NCBI GenBank assembly: GCA_964343345.1
Contig: CAYFJE010000001.1
Span: forward strand, 1-38,513
DNA length: 38,513 bases
From: an uncultured bacterium
GTDB lineage: Bacteria; UBP7; UBA6624
Direction of reading: 5' to 3'
The notes under the pieces are model-generated. The model saw only the letters and a list, made by a program, of their open reading frames with translations, did no database searches and was not told the origin of the DNA. The position numbers and the translations under genes were made by a program. Below, in pieces: positions 25,751 through 33,977 of the stretch. Each line of letters opens with the position of its first letter. The stretch's first letter is position 1.

Positions 25751-26923
25751 ATGAAAGAAAACGAAACAATCGAATTTCTATTAAGAGGAACTGAGACTAT
25801 TGTTAGCAAGGAAGAACTGCTGGACAGACTCTCTAAAAAGAAGCAGTTAAGTGTGAAGTTAGGAGTGGATCCAACATCACCAGAACTACATCTAGGACAT
25901 ATGGTCATTTTCAAAATTTTAAGAAGGTTTCAAGACCTTGGACATAAAGTCCAGATAGTTATCGGGAGTTTCACTGCTTTGGTCGGAGACCCAAGTGGGA
26001 AGAAGACAACAAGGCCAGTCTTAACTTCTGATGAAATTAGAAAGAATACAAAAAGGTACAGAGAGCAGGCTTTGTTGGTTCTTGATGAAAACAAAACAGA
26101 GTTTTTAAATAACAACGATTGGCTCGGTTCTCTTTCTGCTGCTGAGATATTAAAGATATGTCAGTCGAGAAGTTTGAACAGGATAATAGAGAGAGATGAT
26201 TTTAGGGGAAGGCTTGAAAGGGGAGAGAGTATAAGAGTTCACGAAATCTTGTATCCAATTTTTCAAGCTCATGATTCTGTTGTGATGTGTCCCGATATAG
26301 AAATGGGAGGAACAGATCAAATTCCTAATTTCATGACAACAAGACAGGCAATGAAAGAAAGTAATCAGGATCCGGAAATAGTATTAACGGTACCTCTTTT
26401 GGTTGGACTTGATGGAAAGAAAAAAATGAGTAAATCCTATGACAATGATATATCCCTTGAAGAAGATTCAAAAGATATGTATGGAAAACTGATGAGCCTT
26501 CCTGACAGCCCAATGAGAGATTATTTTTACCTACTGACCGACACTGATGAAAAAGAGATTTCTGAAATTTTAAAAATGCATCCAATGAAAGCAAAAAAGA
26601 TTTTAGCGTTTGAGATAACTTCTTTTTTGAAAGGTGAAGATTCTGCCAAGGCTGCACAAGATTATTTCGAAAAGACAATCCAAAAGAAAATAACTCCAAA
26701 GGAAAGAGAACTTTTTAAACATTCAGGAAAAATTGGGTTACTGGAAGTTGTTTATGGTACAGGAAAATTTCAAAGCAAGGGTGAGGTTAAAAGGCTCATT
26801 ATTGGAGGCGGTGTTAAGCTTAATGACGATAGAATTAAGGATTGGCAATTCATTATTAAGCCAAAATTCAAAGGAACAATAAAGGCAGGAAAAAGGTTCT
26901 GGTTTGATTTGGAGGTGTTGTGA
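25751..26923 (+). CDS. tyrS: Tyrosine--tRNA ligase
   Basis: HIGH motif (ELHLGH), KMSKS motif, and a C-terminal S4-like domain ([19 protein letters not shown]). Confidence 0.95.
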   Translation: MKENETIEFLLRGTETIVSKEELLDRLSKKKQLSVKLGVDPTSPELHLGHMVIFKILRRFQDLGHKVQIVIGSFTALVGDPSGKKTTRPVLTSDEIRKNTKRYREQALLVLDENKTEFLNNNDWLGSLSAAEILKICQSRSLNRIIERDDFRGRLERGESIRVHEILYPIFQAHDSVVMCPDIEMGGTDQIPNFMTTRQAMKESNQDPEIVLTVPLLVGLDGKKKMSKSYDNDISLEEDSKDMYGKLMSLPDSPMRDYFYLLTDTDEKEISEILKMHPMKAKKILAFEITSFLKGEDSAKAAQDYFEKTIQKKITPKERELFKHSGKIGLLEVVYGTGKFQSKGEVKRLIIGGGVKLNDDRIKDWQFIIKPKFKGTIKAGKRFWFDLEVL

Positions 26924-28128
26924 CAAAAATTGAAATGAACAATGGAAACTTGGATGTTCCGTCAAATCCAACCATTCCTTTCATAGAAGGGGATGGGATA
27001 GGCCCCGATATATGGAATGCAAGTGTCAAAGTTTTTGATTCAGCTGTAAAAAAAGCTTATTCGGGAGAAAGGAAAGTTGATTGGCTTGAGGTTCTTGCTG
27101 GAGAGAAGGCGTTTAAAGAAACCGGAGAGTGGCTTCCTGATAAAACAATCGATATATTTAAAGAGTATCTTATTGGGATAAAAGGGCCACTTACCACACC
27201 TGTAGGTGGAGGCATGAGGAGCCTTAATGTTGCTTTGAGACAAATTTTAGATCTTTATGTTTGCTTGAGGCCTGTTAGATGGTTCAAGGGTGTCCCAAGC
27301 CCGGTCAAAGACCCACATAAAATTGATATGGTTATTTTCAGAGAGAATACTGAGGATATCTATGCAGGAATTGAATATTCTTTCGATTCTGAAGACACGA
27401 GAAAATTTTTAGATTGGATGTCATCTCAATTTCCTGAAAGATACAAGAAAATAAGGTTTCCTGAATCTTGTGGAATAGGAATAAAGCCAGTTTCTAAAGA
27501 AGGAACATCAAGATTGGTTTCTTCAGCTTTTGATTACATGTTCAAAAATAAAAGAAAGAATTTAACACTCGTTCACAAAGGCAACATCATGAAATTTACC
27601 GAAGGTGCCTTTAGGGACTGGGGTTACGAGGTTGCAGATACCCTGGGTGCAAAAGTTTTAGATGAAGGACCTTGGAGAGTCTTCCCAGGAGGAGAAATTG
27701 TAAAAGATGTTATTGCTGATGCATTTTTACAGCAGATACTTACTAGACCTGATGAATACGATGTTATTGCAACTTTAAACCTTAATGGAGATTATATTTC
27801 TGATGCATTGGCTGCACAGGTTGGGGGAATAGGTATTGCTCCTGGTGGAAATTTGAACTATATTTCTGGACATGCGATTTTTGAAGCAACTCATGGAACG
27901 GCTCCAAAATATGCAGGGAAGGATAAGGTTAATCCAGGCTCTGTTATCCTCTCTGGAGAGTTGATGTTTAGACATCTTGGCTGGAATGAAGCAGCTGACT
28001 TGATAATAAAGGGTATAGAAGGTTCGATTTCTGAGAAAAAAGTGACTTATGATTTTGCAAGACTTATTGGGAGTGTTAATCCAGTAAGTTGCTCTGCTTT
28101 TGGAGACTCCATTATTGAGAGAATGTAA
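26920..28128 (+). CDS. icd: NADP-dependent isocitrate dehydrogenase (homodimeric prokaryotic type)
   Basis: [53 protein letters not shown] and [12 protein letters not shown] are present. The GTG start overlaps the tyrS stop (GTGA), with GGAGG upstream. Confidence 0.95.
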   Translation: MTKIEMNNGNLDVPSNPTIPFIEGDGIGPDIWNASVKVFDSAVKKAYSGERKVDWLEVLAGEKAFKETGEWLPDKTIDIFKEYLIGIKGPLTTPVGGGMRSLNVALRQILDLYVCLRPVRWFKGVPSPVKDPHKIDMVIFRENTEDIYAGIEYSFDSEDTRKFLDWMSSQFPERYKKIRFPESCGIGIKPVSKEGTSRLVSSAFDYMFKNKRKNLTLVHKGNIMKFTEGAFRDWGYEVADTLGAKVLDEGPWRVFPGGEIVKDVIADAFLQQILTRPDEYDVIATLNLNGDYISDALAAQVGGIGIAPGGNLNYISGHAIFEATHGTAPKYAGKDKVNPGSVILSGELMFRHLGWNEAADLIIKGIEGSISEKKVTYDFARLIGSVNPVSCSAFGDSIIERM

Positions 28129-29264
28129 TGGATTTTAAAGAGTATCAAGGCAAGCAGGTTTTATCAGAGAGATTTGAAAATATTGCATTAGGTTTAGTCA
28201 CATCAGATGTGAATGCTGTTGTGTCTTATGCTGCTGAAGTTGGTTTCCCCATAGTCATAAAAGCTCAGGTTCTTATAGGAGGGAGAGGTAAGGCTGGAGG
28301 CGTCAAGCTTGCTTTCAGCAAAGAAGAAGCTCTTGAGGTTTCTAAAAGTATATTAGGGATGAATATAAAAGGACACAAGGTTGAAGAGGTCCTTGTTGCA
28401 AAGGCTGTAGATATAAAAGATGAATGGTACATGAGTATAACTTTTGATAGGTTCAACAGGGTTATGACTTTGATATTTTCTGTTGAGGGTGGAGTTGATA
28501 TAGAGCAAGTTGCTCATGACTCCCCTGAAAAAGTTATAAAAATGCCAATCAACCCCTTGAAGGATATGGAAATTCCAAACCTTAAAAAAGAATTGCTAAA
28601 TGCTGGCTTGAAGAGTGATTATGTGGATGAGGTGGTAAAACTAATTGTTTCTTCTTACAACCTTGTTATAGATAAGGATTTAACACTCCTTGAGATAAAT
28701 CCTTTAGTTCTGACAGAGCAAGAAGAAGTAGTTATATTGGATTGCAAGATGACAGTTGATGATACTGCTGAATTTAGACAGGCTGATTTGTTTGAAATGA
28801 ATTCGAAAGAAAAAGAAACAAGAGAAAAATTGGCAAAGAGCCAGGGCTTTTCTTATGTCCATCTTGATGGAGATGTTGGCATTATTGGAAATGGAGCTGG
28901 ATTGGTTATGGCAACAATGGATGCTGTGAAAAATGCTGGAGGAGATCCTGCAAACTTTTTAGACATTGGAGGAGGGGCTAAAGCTGAAGTTGTTAGAAAT
29001 GCATTGAATCTGGTGGAAGGAAACCCTAAGGTAAAATCCATATTCATCAATGTCTTTGGAGGGATAACAAGAGGGGATGAGGTTGCGAGGGGGATAGCTG
29101 ATGTTGTCAATAATGCAAAACCCAGGGTCCCTATAGTTATAAGATTGACCGGGACAAGGTCTGAAGAAGGTTTGGAGATACTTAAAAAAGAAACAAACTT
29201 AAGTGTTACGGATGTTATGGACAAAGCTGCAGAGCAGGCTGTCAGGCTAGGTAAAGGGCAATGA
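28128..29264 (+). CDS. sucC: Succinate--CoA ligase subunit beta
   Basis: It has the N-terminus M.F.EYQGKQV, an ATP-grasp domain, and GNGAGLVMATMD, ANFLDIGGGA, INVFGGITR. The start overlaps the icd stop (TAATG). Confidence 0.96.
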   Translation: MDFKEYQGKQVLSERFENIALGLVTSDVNAVVSYAAEVGFPIVIKAQVLIGGRGKAGGVKLAFSKEEALEVSKSILGMNIKGHKVEEVLVAKAVDIKDEWYMSITFDRFNRVMTLIFSVEGGVDIEQVAHDSPEKVIKMPINPLKDMEIPNLKKELLNAGLKSDYVDEVVKLIVSSYNLVIDKDLTLLEINPLVLTEQEEVVILDCKMTVDDTAEFRQADLFEMNSKEKETREKLAKSQGFSYVHLDGDVGIIGNGAGLVMATMDAVKNAGGDPANFLDIGGGAKAEVVRNALNLVEGNPKVKSIFINVFGGITRGDEVARGIADVVNNAKPRVPIVIRLTGTRSEEGLEILKKETNLSVTDVMDKAAEQAVRLGKGQ

Positions 29265-30136
29265 GTATTTGGTTGAAAAAAGATACGAAGGTCATAGTAC
29301 AAGGCATGACAGGAAGAGAAGGCACTTTTCATACAAAAAATATGATTAGTTACGGTACAAAGGTTGTTGGAGGCGTCACTCCCGGAAAAGGGAATACAGA
29401 GCATCTGAATTTGCCTATATTTGATAATTGTTTTGATGCCATCGAGAAAACAGGTTCAAAATCTTCTGTAATTTTTGTTCCAGCTAGATTTTGTTTGGCT
29501 GCAGTAAAAGATGCTGTTGAATCTGGAATTAAATTCTTGGTTGTTATTACTGAAGGAATTCCTCTCCATGATGAGATAAAAATTGGAGCATTAGTTAGAG
29601 AAAATAATGTAATTATGATAGGTCCAAATTGTCCTGGGATTTTTTCTGTTGGTGAGGCATCTATGGGAATTATGCCTGAAAGCATATTCAATAAAGGGAA
29701 AATAGGCCTTGTGTCCCGTTCTGGAACTTTAACTTATGAACTAGTTGATCTTGTCAGTAGAGCCGGGTTAGGAATTTCTACAGCTGTAGGAATAGGTGGT
29801 GACAGAGTTATAGGAGCAAGGTTTACAGAAGTGTTGAAAGCCTTTGATGAAGACCCAGAGACTTCTGCAGTTGTAATGGCTGGAGAGATAGGGGGTTCTG
29901 ATGAGGAGGAAGCTGCTGAGATGATACCTTCACTTAAGAGGATATCAAAAAAAATAGTTGGTTTTATTGGAGGAAGAACAGCTCCTCCTGGAAAAGCAAT
30001 GGGTCATGCCGGAGCAATAGTCGAAGGGAACAAGGGAACTCCTCAAAGTAAAGTCGAAGCTTTAGAGAAAGTTGGAATTTTAGTTCCTGAAAAATTGTCA
30101 GAAATTCCTGATATTTTAAAAAGTTTTATACAGTAG
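29261..30136 (+). CDS. sucD: Succinate--CoA ligase subunit alpha
   Basis: VIVQGMTGREG, GPNCPG, SRSGTLTYE and the phospho-histidine block GHAGAIV are present. The start overlaps the sucC stop (ATGA). Confidence 0.97.
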   Translation: MSIWLKKDTKVIVQGMTGREGTFHTKNMISYGTKVVGGVTPGKGNTEHLNLPIFDNCFDAIEKTGSKSSVIFVPARFCLAAVKDAVESGIKFLVVITEGIPLHDEIKIGALVRENNVIMIGPNCPGIFSVGEASMGIMPESIFNKGKIGLVSRSGTLTYELVDLVSRAGLGISTAVGIGGDRVIGARFTEVLKAFDEDPETSAVVMAGEIGGSDEEEAAEMIPSLKRISKKIVGFIGGRTAPPGKAMGHAGAIVEGNKGTPQSKVEALEKVGILVPEKLSEIPDILKSFIQ

Positions 30137-31109
30137 TTGCTTCTTTTTTTCTAAAAAAATTTAATATTTCTTTTTCTTTCAGTATAGCGATGTAGAGAAT
30201 TGCTGTTGCTGGAATCGATGCCTCAATACCGATCCCACCTCCAGTTATCCAATTGATTCCTGAGTCACTGTATATTGCGCCAAAATTGGTTCCTATTTCT
30301 GTTCCAGAGACAGAAATTCCAAAGATAGGGCCTTGTGTAAAGTTCCACGAAAAATGCCACCACCATGCATACCAAAGATTTCCTGTTCTCAGTACTAGTT
30401 TTGCCATGAGCCAACCAGCCAAAAAAACATTTATTTTGAATATTGACAAAAGGAGGGAGCCTTCTTGAATTGCTGCTGCTTGCTCCCAATGAACCCAAGA
30501 GAAAAGCAAAGATGTTAGACTTAAAGGCACCCATAAAGGGCATGTGTATGTCATGGTTCTAAATACATATCCTCTAAAAACGACTTCTTCGAAAAGTGCC
30601 GCAATAACAAGCATTCCAAGCCAGTTTGAAAGAACTGAAGGATCAAGTCTTTCGGCCATCATGGCAAATGGATCAATTGATTTCGTTATTATTGCAGGAA
30701 GAAGACATGCGATAAGGATCAAAGCTCCGTACATAACCCCTTCTAAACCTTCTCTTGCTCTAGTCTTTGAAAAAGAAAGACCAAGGGTGCCTTTCTTGTC
30801 TATAGCTATGAAAAAATATTCAGATATCATTATTACAGTAAGTAAAGCTAGGAAAGGACCCAAACTTCCAACAACACTTGGAAGATCCTTGCTAGCATAG
30901 CGGGCGCCAACAGTTTCAAGGATACCAAACACAAAGGTTACTCCAATGGTTGAAACAATAAGAAAAAGCATTATCCTTAAGTTTGTTCTAAGGATTCCAC
31001 GAGAGCATCTCAATGCCGTTCCCTTGATGTTTTCTTTCTCTTTTGTAAAATAGTTGAAGGCAAGGCAGACAATAAGAGTTATTGGTAAAAGAAGAATTCC
31101 ATCAGGCAT
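30126..31109 (-). CDS. CPBP-family intramembrane glutamic endopeptidase (CAAX protease / Abi)
   Basis: It is a polytopic membrane protein with EEVVFRGYVF (EExxxR), FSWVHW (FxxxH) and HFSWNF (HxxxN). Confidence 0.8.
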   Translation of the reverse strand: MPDGILLLPITLIVCLAFNYFTKEKENIKGTALRCSRGILRTNLRIMLFLIVSTIGVTFVFGILETVGARYASKDLPSVVGSLGPFLALLTVIMISEYFFIAIDKKGTLGLSFSKTRAREGLEGVMYGALILIACLLPAIITKSIDPFAMMAERLDPSVLSNWLGMLVIAALFEEVVFRGYVFRTMTYTCPLWVPLSLTSLLFSWVHWEQAAAIQEGSLLLSIFKINVFLAGWLMAKLVLRTGNLWYAWWWHFSWNFTQGPIFGISVSGTEIGTNFGAIYSDSGINWITGGGIGIEASIPATAILYIAILKEKEILNFFRKKEATTV

Positions 31110-31124
31110 ATTTTTATTATATTT

Positions 31125-32147
31125 CTATTTGTATCTAGCCATTATTTCTTGAAGTTTTTCTTTTGTAGGTCGTGTTCTTTCTTCTTCAAGGTGAGCCAAT
31201 GGTGTCTCGCATAGGTTTAAGTCGTCATAAAGAGTCTTTTTTGAATTGTCAAGATAGAGGAGTCCAGTTAGGTGTTCTCCTTTTTCCATTGAGTCGTTTA
31301 TTGCAGCGATAGCTCCATTTCTGTTATAAACATCATAGTCATCTCTTGTAGCCGTAAGTCTTATCATCGATCCATCATGAAGCTCAACATCTGTCGATTC
31401 TCCTTGAGGGATTTCTATTTCTTCTATTGGAGTATAGCTAGGAATGTAATCTAAATTTTGAAGTTCAATATCATGTTCTTTTACATAGTTGTAACTTCTC
31501 GTACTTCCTTCATGGTTGTTGAATGTTACACAGGGAGATATAACATCAATTATTGCTGTTCCTTGATAACTTAATGCTGCTTGTATCAAGGGTGTAAGTT
31601 GTTTTGGCGCCCCTGAAAAACTTTTTCCAACAAAGCCACATCCGAGTTGTATCGCTAAACTCGTTAGGTCTATTGGGGGTATTTCATTAGGGACTCCTCT
31701 TTTTGATTTTGAACCTTCGTCGGCAGTTGCAGAAAATTGTCCTTTGGTAAGGCCATAAACACCATTGTTTTCAATTATGTAAACCATCGGTGCATTTCTT
31801 CTAACACAATGTACAAATTGACCTATTCCTATACTTGCAGTGTCTCCATCTCCAGAAACACCTAAAACTGTAAGTTTTCTATTTGCCAAAGCAGCTCCAG
31901 TGGAAACAGAAGGCATTCTTCCATGTACAGAATTGAAACCGTGAGACTGAGAAAGGAAGTATGCCGGTGTTTTTGAGCTGCATCCTATTCCAGACATTTT
32001 TGCGACCATGTTCGGTTTTACACCATTGTTGAAACAGGCTTTTATTATCTTGTCAGTAATTGAGTCATGTCCACATCCTGCACATAGAGTTGATTTTGCT
32101 CCTTTGTAATCTTGTACAGGTATTCCTAATATGTTTTCTTTGCTCAT
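31125..32147 (-). CDS. korB: 2-oxoglutarate:ferredoxin (acceptor) oxidoreductase subunit beta
   Basis: It has an N-terminal CAGCGH block, the thiamine-diphosphate motif GDGDTASIGIGQF...ENNGVYGLTKGQ, and a length of about 340 aa. The start overlaps the korA stop. Confidence 0.9.
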   Translation of the reverse strand: MSKENILGIPVQDYKGAKSTLCAGCGHDSITDKIIKACFNNGVKPNMVAKMSGIGCSSKTPAYFLSQSHGFNSVHGRMPSVSTGAALANRKLTVLGVSGDGDTASIGIGQFVHCVRRNAPMVYIIENNGVYGLTKGQFSATADEGSKSKRGVPNEIPPIDLTSLAIQLGCGFVGKSFSGAPKQLTPLIQAALSYQGTAIIDVISPCVTFNNHEGSTRSYNYVKEHDIELQNLDYIPSYTPIEEIEIPQGESTDVELHDGSMIRLTATRDDYDVYNRNGAIAAINDSMEKGEHLTGLLYLDNSKKTLYDDLNLCETPLAHLEEERTRPTKEKLQEIMARYK

Positions 32148-33919
32148 AAATTTTCCTTGATATTTTGTGATATTTTTGATGCTCCCAAAGGCATTCCGTC
32201 TGAGTAAGCATAAGAATGAAGTTTTTTTATGTTTTCTGAACTTGATTCTTCCTTTATCAAGTTAAACATTTGTGCATCTCTGTTTTGCTCTACTACAAAA
32301 GTTTTTTTATGTTTTTTTATGAATTTATGCACCTCTGGAGAAAGAGGTAATGACCTTATTCTAAGATAGTCAATTTTTATTTTTTCTTTTTCAAGAAGGT
32401 CAATTGTTTCTTCCATCGAGGCATGAACAGTCCCAAAGGATATGACTCCTATTTCAGAATTTGAAGAGTGTTCTATTGTTGGTTGTGGTAACTTCATTCT
32501 TAAACCTTCATGTTTTTTTGCAAGCCGTTTCATGTTTCTTGCATAGACTTCATTGTCTTCGGTGTATGCAGCATTTTCATCATGTCCGCTTCCTCTTGTG
32601 AAGTAAGAAGCATTCTTATGATCTGTTCCAGGTAATGTTCTATAGCCAATTCCATCGCCATCAACATCCTTGTATCTGCCCCAATTTTCAAGTTTATCAA
32701 GGTCTTCTTTATTAAGGATTTTTCCTCTGTCGAGAGGCTGGTCAGGGTATTCAAAATCATCCACAATCCATGGATTCATTCCTAAATCTAAATCAGAAAG
32801 GACGAAAACTGGAGTTTGAAATCTTTCTGCTACATCAAAAGATTTCCAACCGAATTCAAAACATTCGCCTGGAGTTGCAGGCAAGAGGACAGGGTGTGTC
32901 GAGTCTCCGTGTCCAAGTTTGTAGCAAAAAGTTATGTCGGATTGCTGGGTTCTGGTTGGAAGCCCTGTTGAAGGCCCAACTCTCTGTATATTCCAAAACA
33001 CACCCGGTATCTCCGCATAATAGCCCAAGCCGATAAACTCAGTCATCAGGGATATTCCAGCACCACTCGTTGTTGTCATTGCTCTAGATCCAGCCCAACC
33101 TGCACCGAAAACCATTCCAGCAGCTGCAAGTTCATCTTCTGCTTGAATAATTGCATAGGTTTTAACTCCATCAACATATTCCCTTGTGTCTTTCAAGTAG
33201 GAAATCAGATTTTCTGCTAAAGAGCTAGAAGGAGTAATTGGATACCATGATAAAAATGTAACACCACCGAAAACTGAACCTAATGCCCCTGCTTGATTTC
33301 CTTCTATTATCATTTTGTTTTTAGTCAGATTTTTTCTCTCAACTTTCCATGGCTGTTCTTTTTTGTAGTTTTCCTTTATATATTGTCTGCCTTCATCGAT
33401 TGCTTTGAGATTTAGGTCTATTGCCTTTTGTTTACGGTTAAATTGGTGATTTAAAGCATCTATGATTGCCTCTTGTTCGATTTCAAGAAGTTCCGCTAAA
33501 ACCCCGACATAAACCGTATTTGTTATTAGTTTTGCTAATTTTGTATCAATTTTTCTTGCAATTGAAGAACAGGGTATTTCATAGACCAGGAGATCGTCTC
33601 TATCGATTTTTCTTCCTAAATCGCTATTAGCTATTACTACTGAACCTTTTTTTAGTTTGTTTAAATCTTCATCCCAGGTTTCTGCATTCATCAATATCGA
33701 AATATTTATTTCATCTGCCGGAGCATTGTAGCCTTCTTCAGTTACCCTGATTAAGAACCATGTAGGAAGCCCCGCTATGTTAGATGGGAAAAGGTTTTTC
33801 CCCGAAACAGGAAGCCCCATCCTGAAAAGAGAGCGATGAATGATAAGGTTTGCACTTTGGGATCCAGACCCATTAACGGTCGCTACTGAGACCATTACAT
33901 TGTTAATTGTCTTTTTCAC
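32144..33919 (-). CDS. korA: 2-oxoglutarate:ferredoxin (acceptor) oxidoreductase subunit alpha (gamma-alpha fused type)
   Basis: An N-terminal POR-gamma-like module (VNGSGSQSAN) is fused to a pyrimidine-binding alpha domain (YPITPSS, AMTTTSGAGISLM). It has a GTG start. Confidence 0.9.
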   Translation of the reverse strand: MKKTINNVMVSVATVNGSGSQSANLIIHRSLFRMGLPVSGKNLFPSNIAGLPTWFLIRVTEEGYNAPADEINISILMNAETWDEDLNKLKKGSVVIANSDLGRKIDRDDLLVYEIPCSSIARKIDTKLAKLITNTVYVGVLAELLEIEQEAIIDALNHQFNRKQKAIDLNLKAIDEGRQYIKENYKKEQPWKVERKNLTKNKMIIEGNQAGALGSVFGGVTFLSWYPITPSSSLAENLISYLKDTREYVDGVKTYAIIQAEDELAAAGMVFGAGWAGSRAMTTTSGAGISLMTEFIGLGYYAEIPGVFWNIQRVGPSTGLPTRTQQSDITFCYKLGHGDSTHPVLLPATPGECFEFGWKSFDVAERFQTPVFVLSDLDLGMNPWIVDDFEYPDQPLDRGKILNKEDLDKLENWGRYKDVDGDGIGYRTLPGTDHKNASYFTRGSGHDENAAYTEDNEVYARNMKRLAKKHEGLRMKLPQPTIEHSSNSEIGVISFGTVHASMEETIDLLEKEKIKIDYLRIRSLPLSPEVHKFIKKHKKTFVVEQNRDAQMFNLIKEESSSENIKKLHSYAYSDGMPLGASKISQNIKENL

Positions 33920-33931
33920 TCTAAAACTGCG

Positions 33932-33937
33932 ATTCTA
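33932..33937 (-). promoter_or_regulatory. -10-like box (TAGAAT on minus strand) upstream of korA
   Basis: It reads TAGAAT on the minus strand, 12 nt upstream of the korA GTG (33919). No SD lies between. Confidence 0.3.
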
Positions 33938-33977
33938 GAACTAATAATCGAATAATGGTAGGATAAACTTATAGTTT

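Noticed and set aside
28853-29404. A long antisense ORF (183 aa) spans the sucC/sucD junction. Similar shadow ORFs lie at 851-1267, 11164-11520, 19556-19921, 21024-21380, 23104-23478, 26331-26699, 30544-30900 and 34754-35116.
   Set aside because: Each lies entirely opposite a strongly conserved, motif-verified gene. Each has low-complexity, Ser/Phe/Leu/Lys-rich composition with no recognisable motif and no start context of its own. Such ORFs are expected in AT-rich DNA with few stop codons on the antisense strand of conserved genes.
26920-33919. icd, sucCD and korAB could indicate a reductive (reverse) TCA cycle.
   Set aside because: KorAB and SucCD are reversible and also occur in oxidative cycles. 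The diagnostic enzymes (ATP-citrate lyase, or citryl-CoA synthetase and lyase) are not in the window. No direction can be inferred from this sequence alone.
33933-33940. An 8-bp palindrome TTCTAGAA lies in the korA/Lon divergent intergenic region and could be an operator.
   Set aside because: It is too short to be significant in AT-rich DNA, it does not extend, and I found no second copy. It also overlaps the TAGAAT -10-like box, which explains it more simply.
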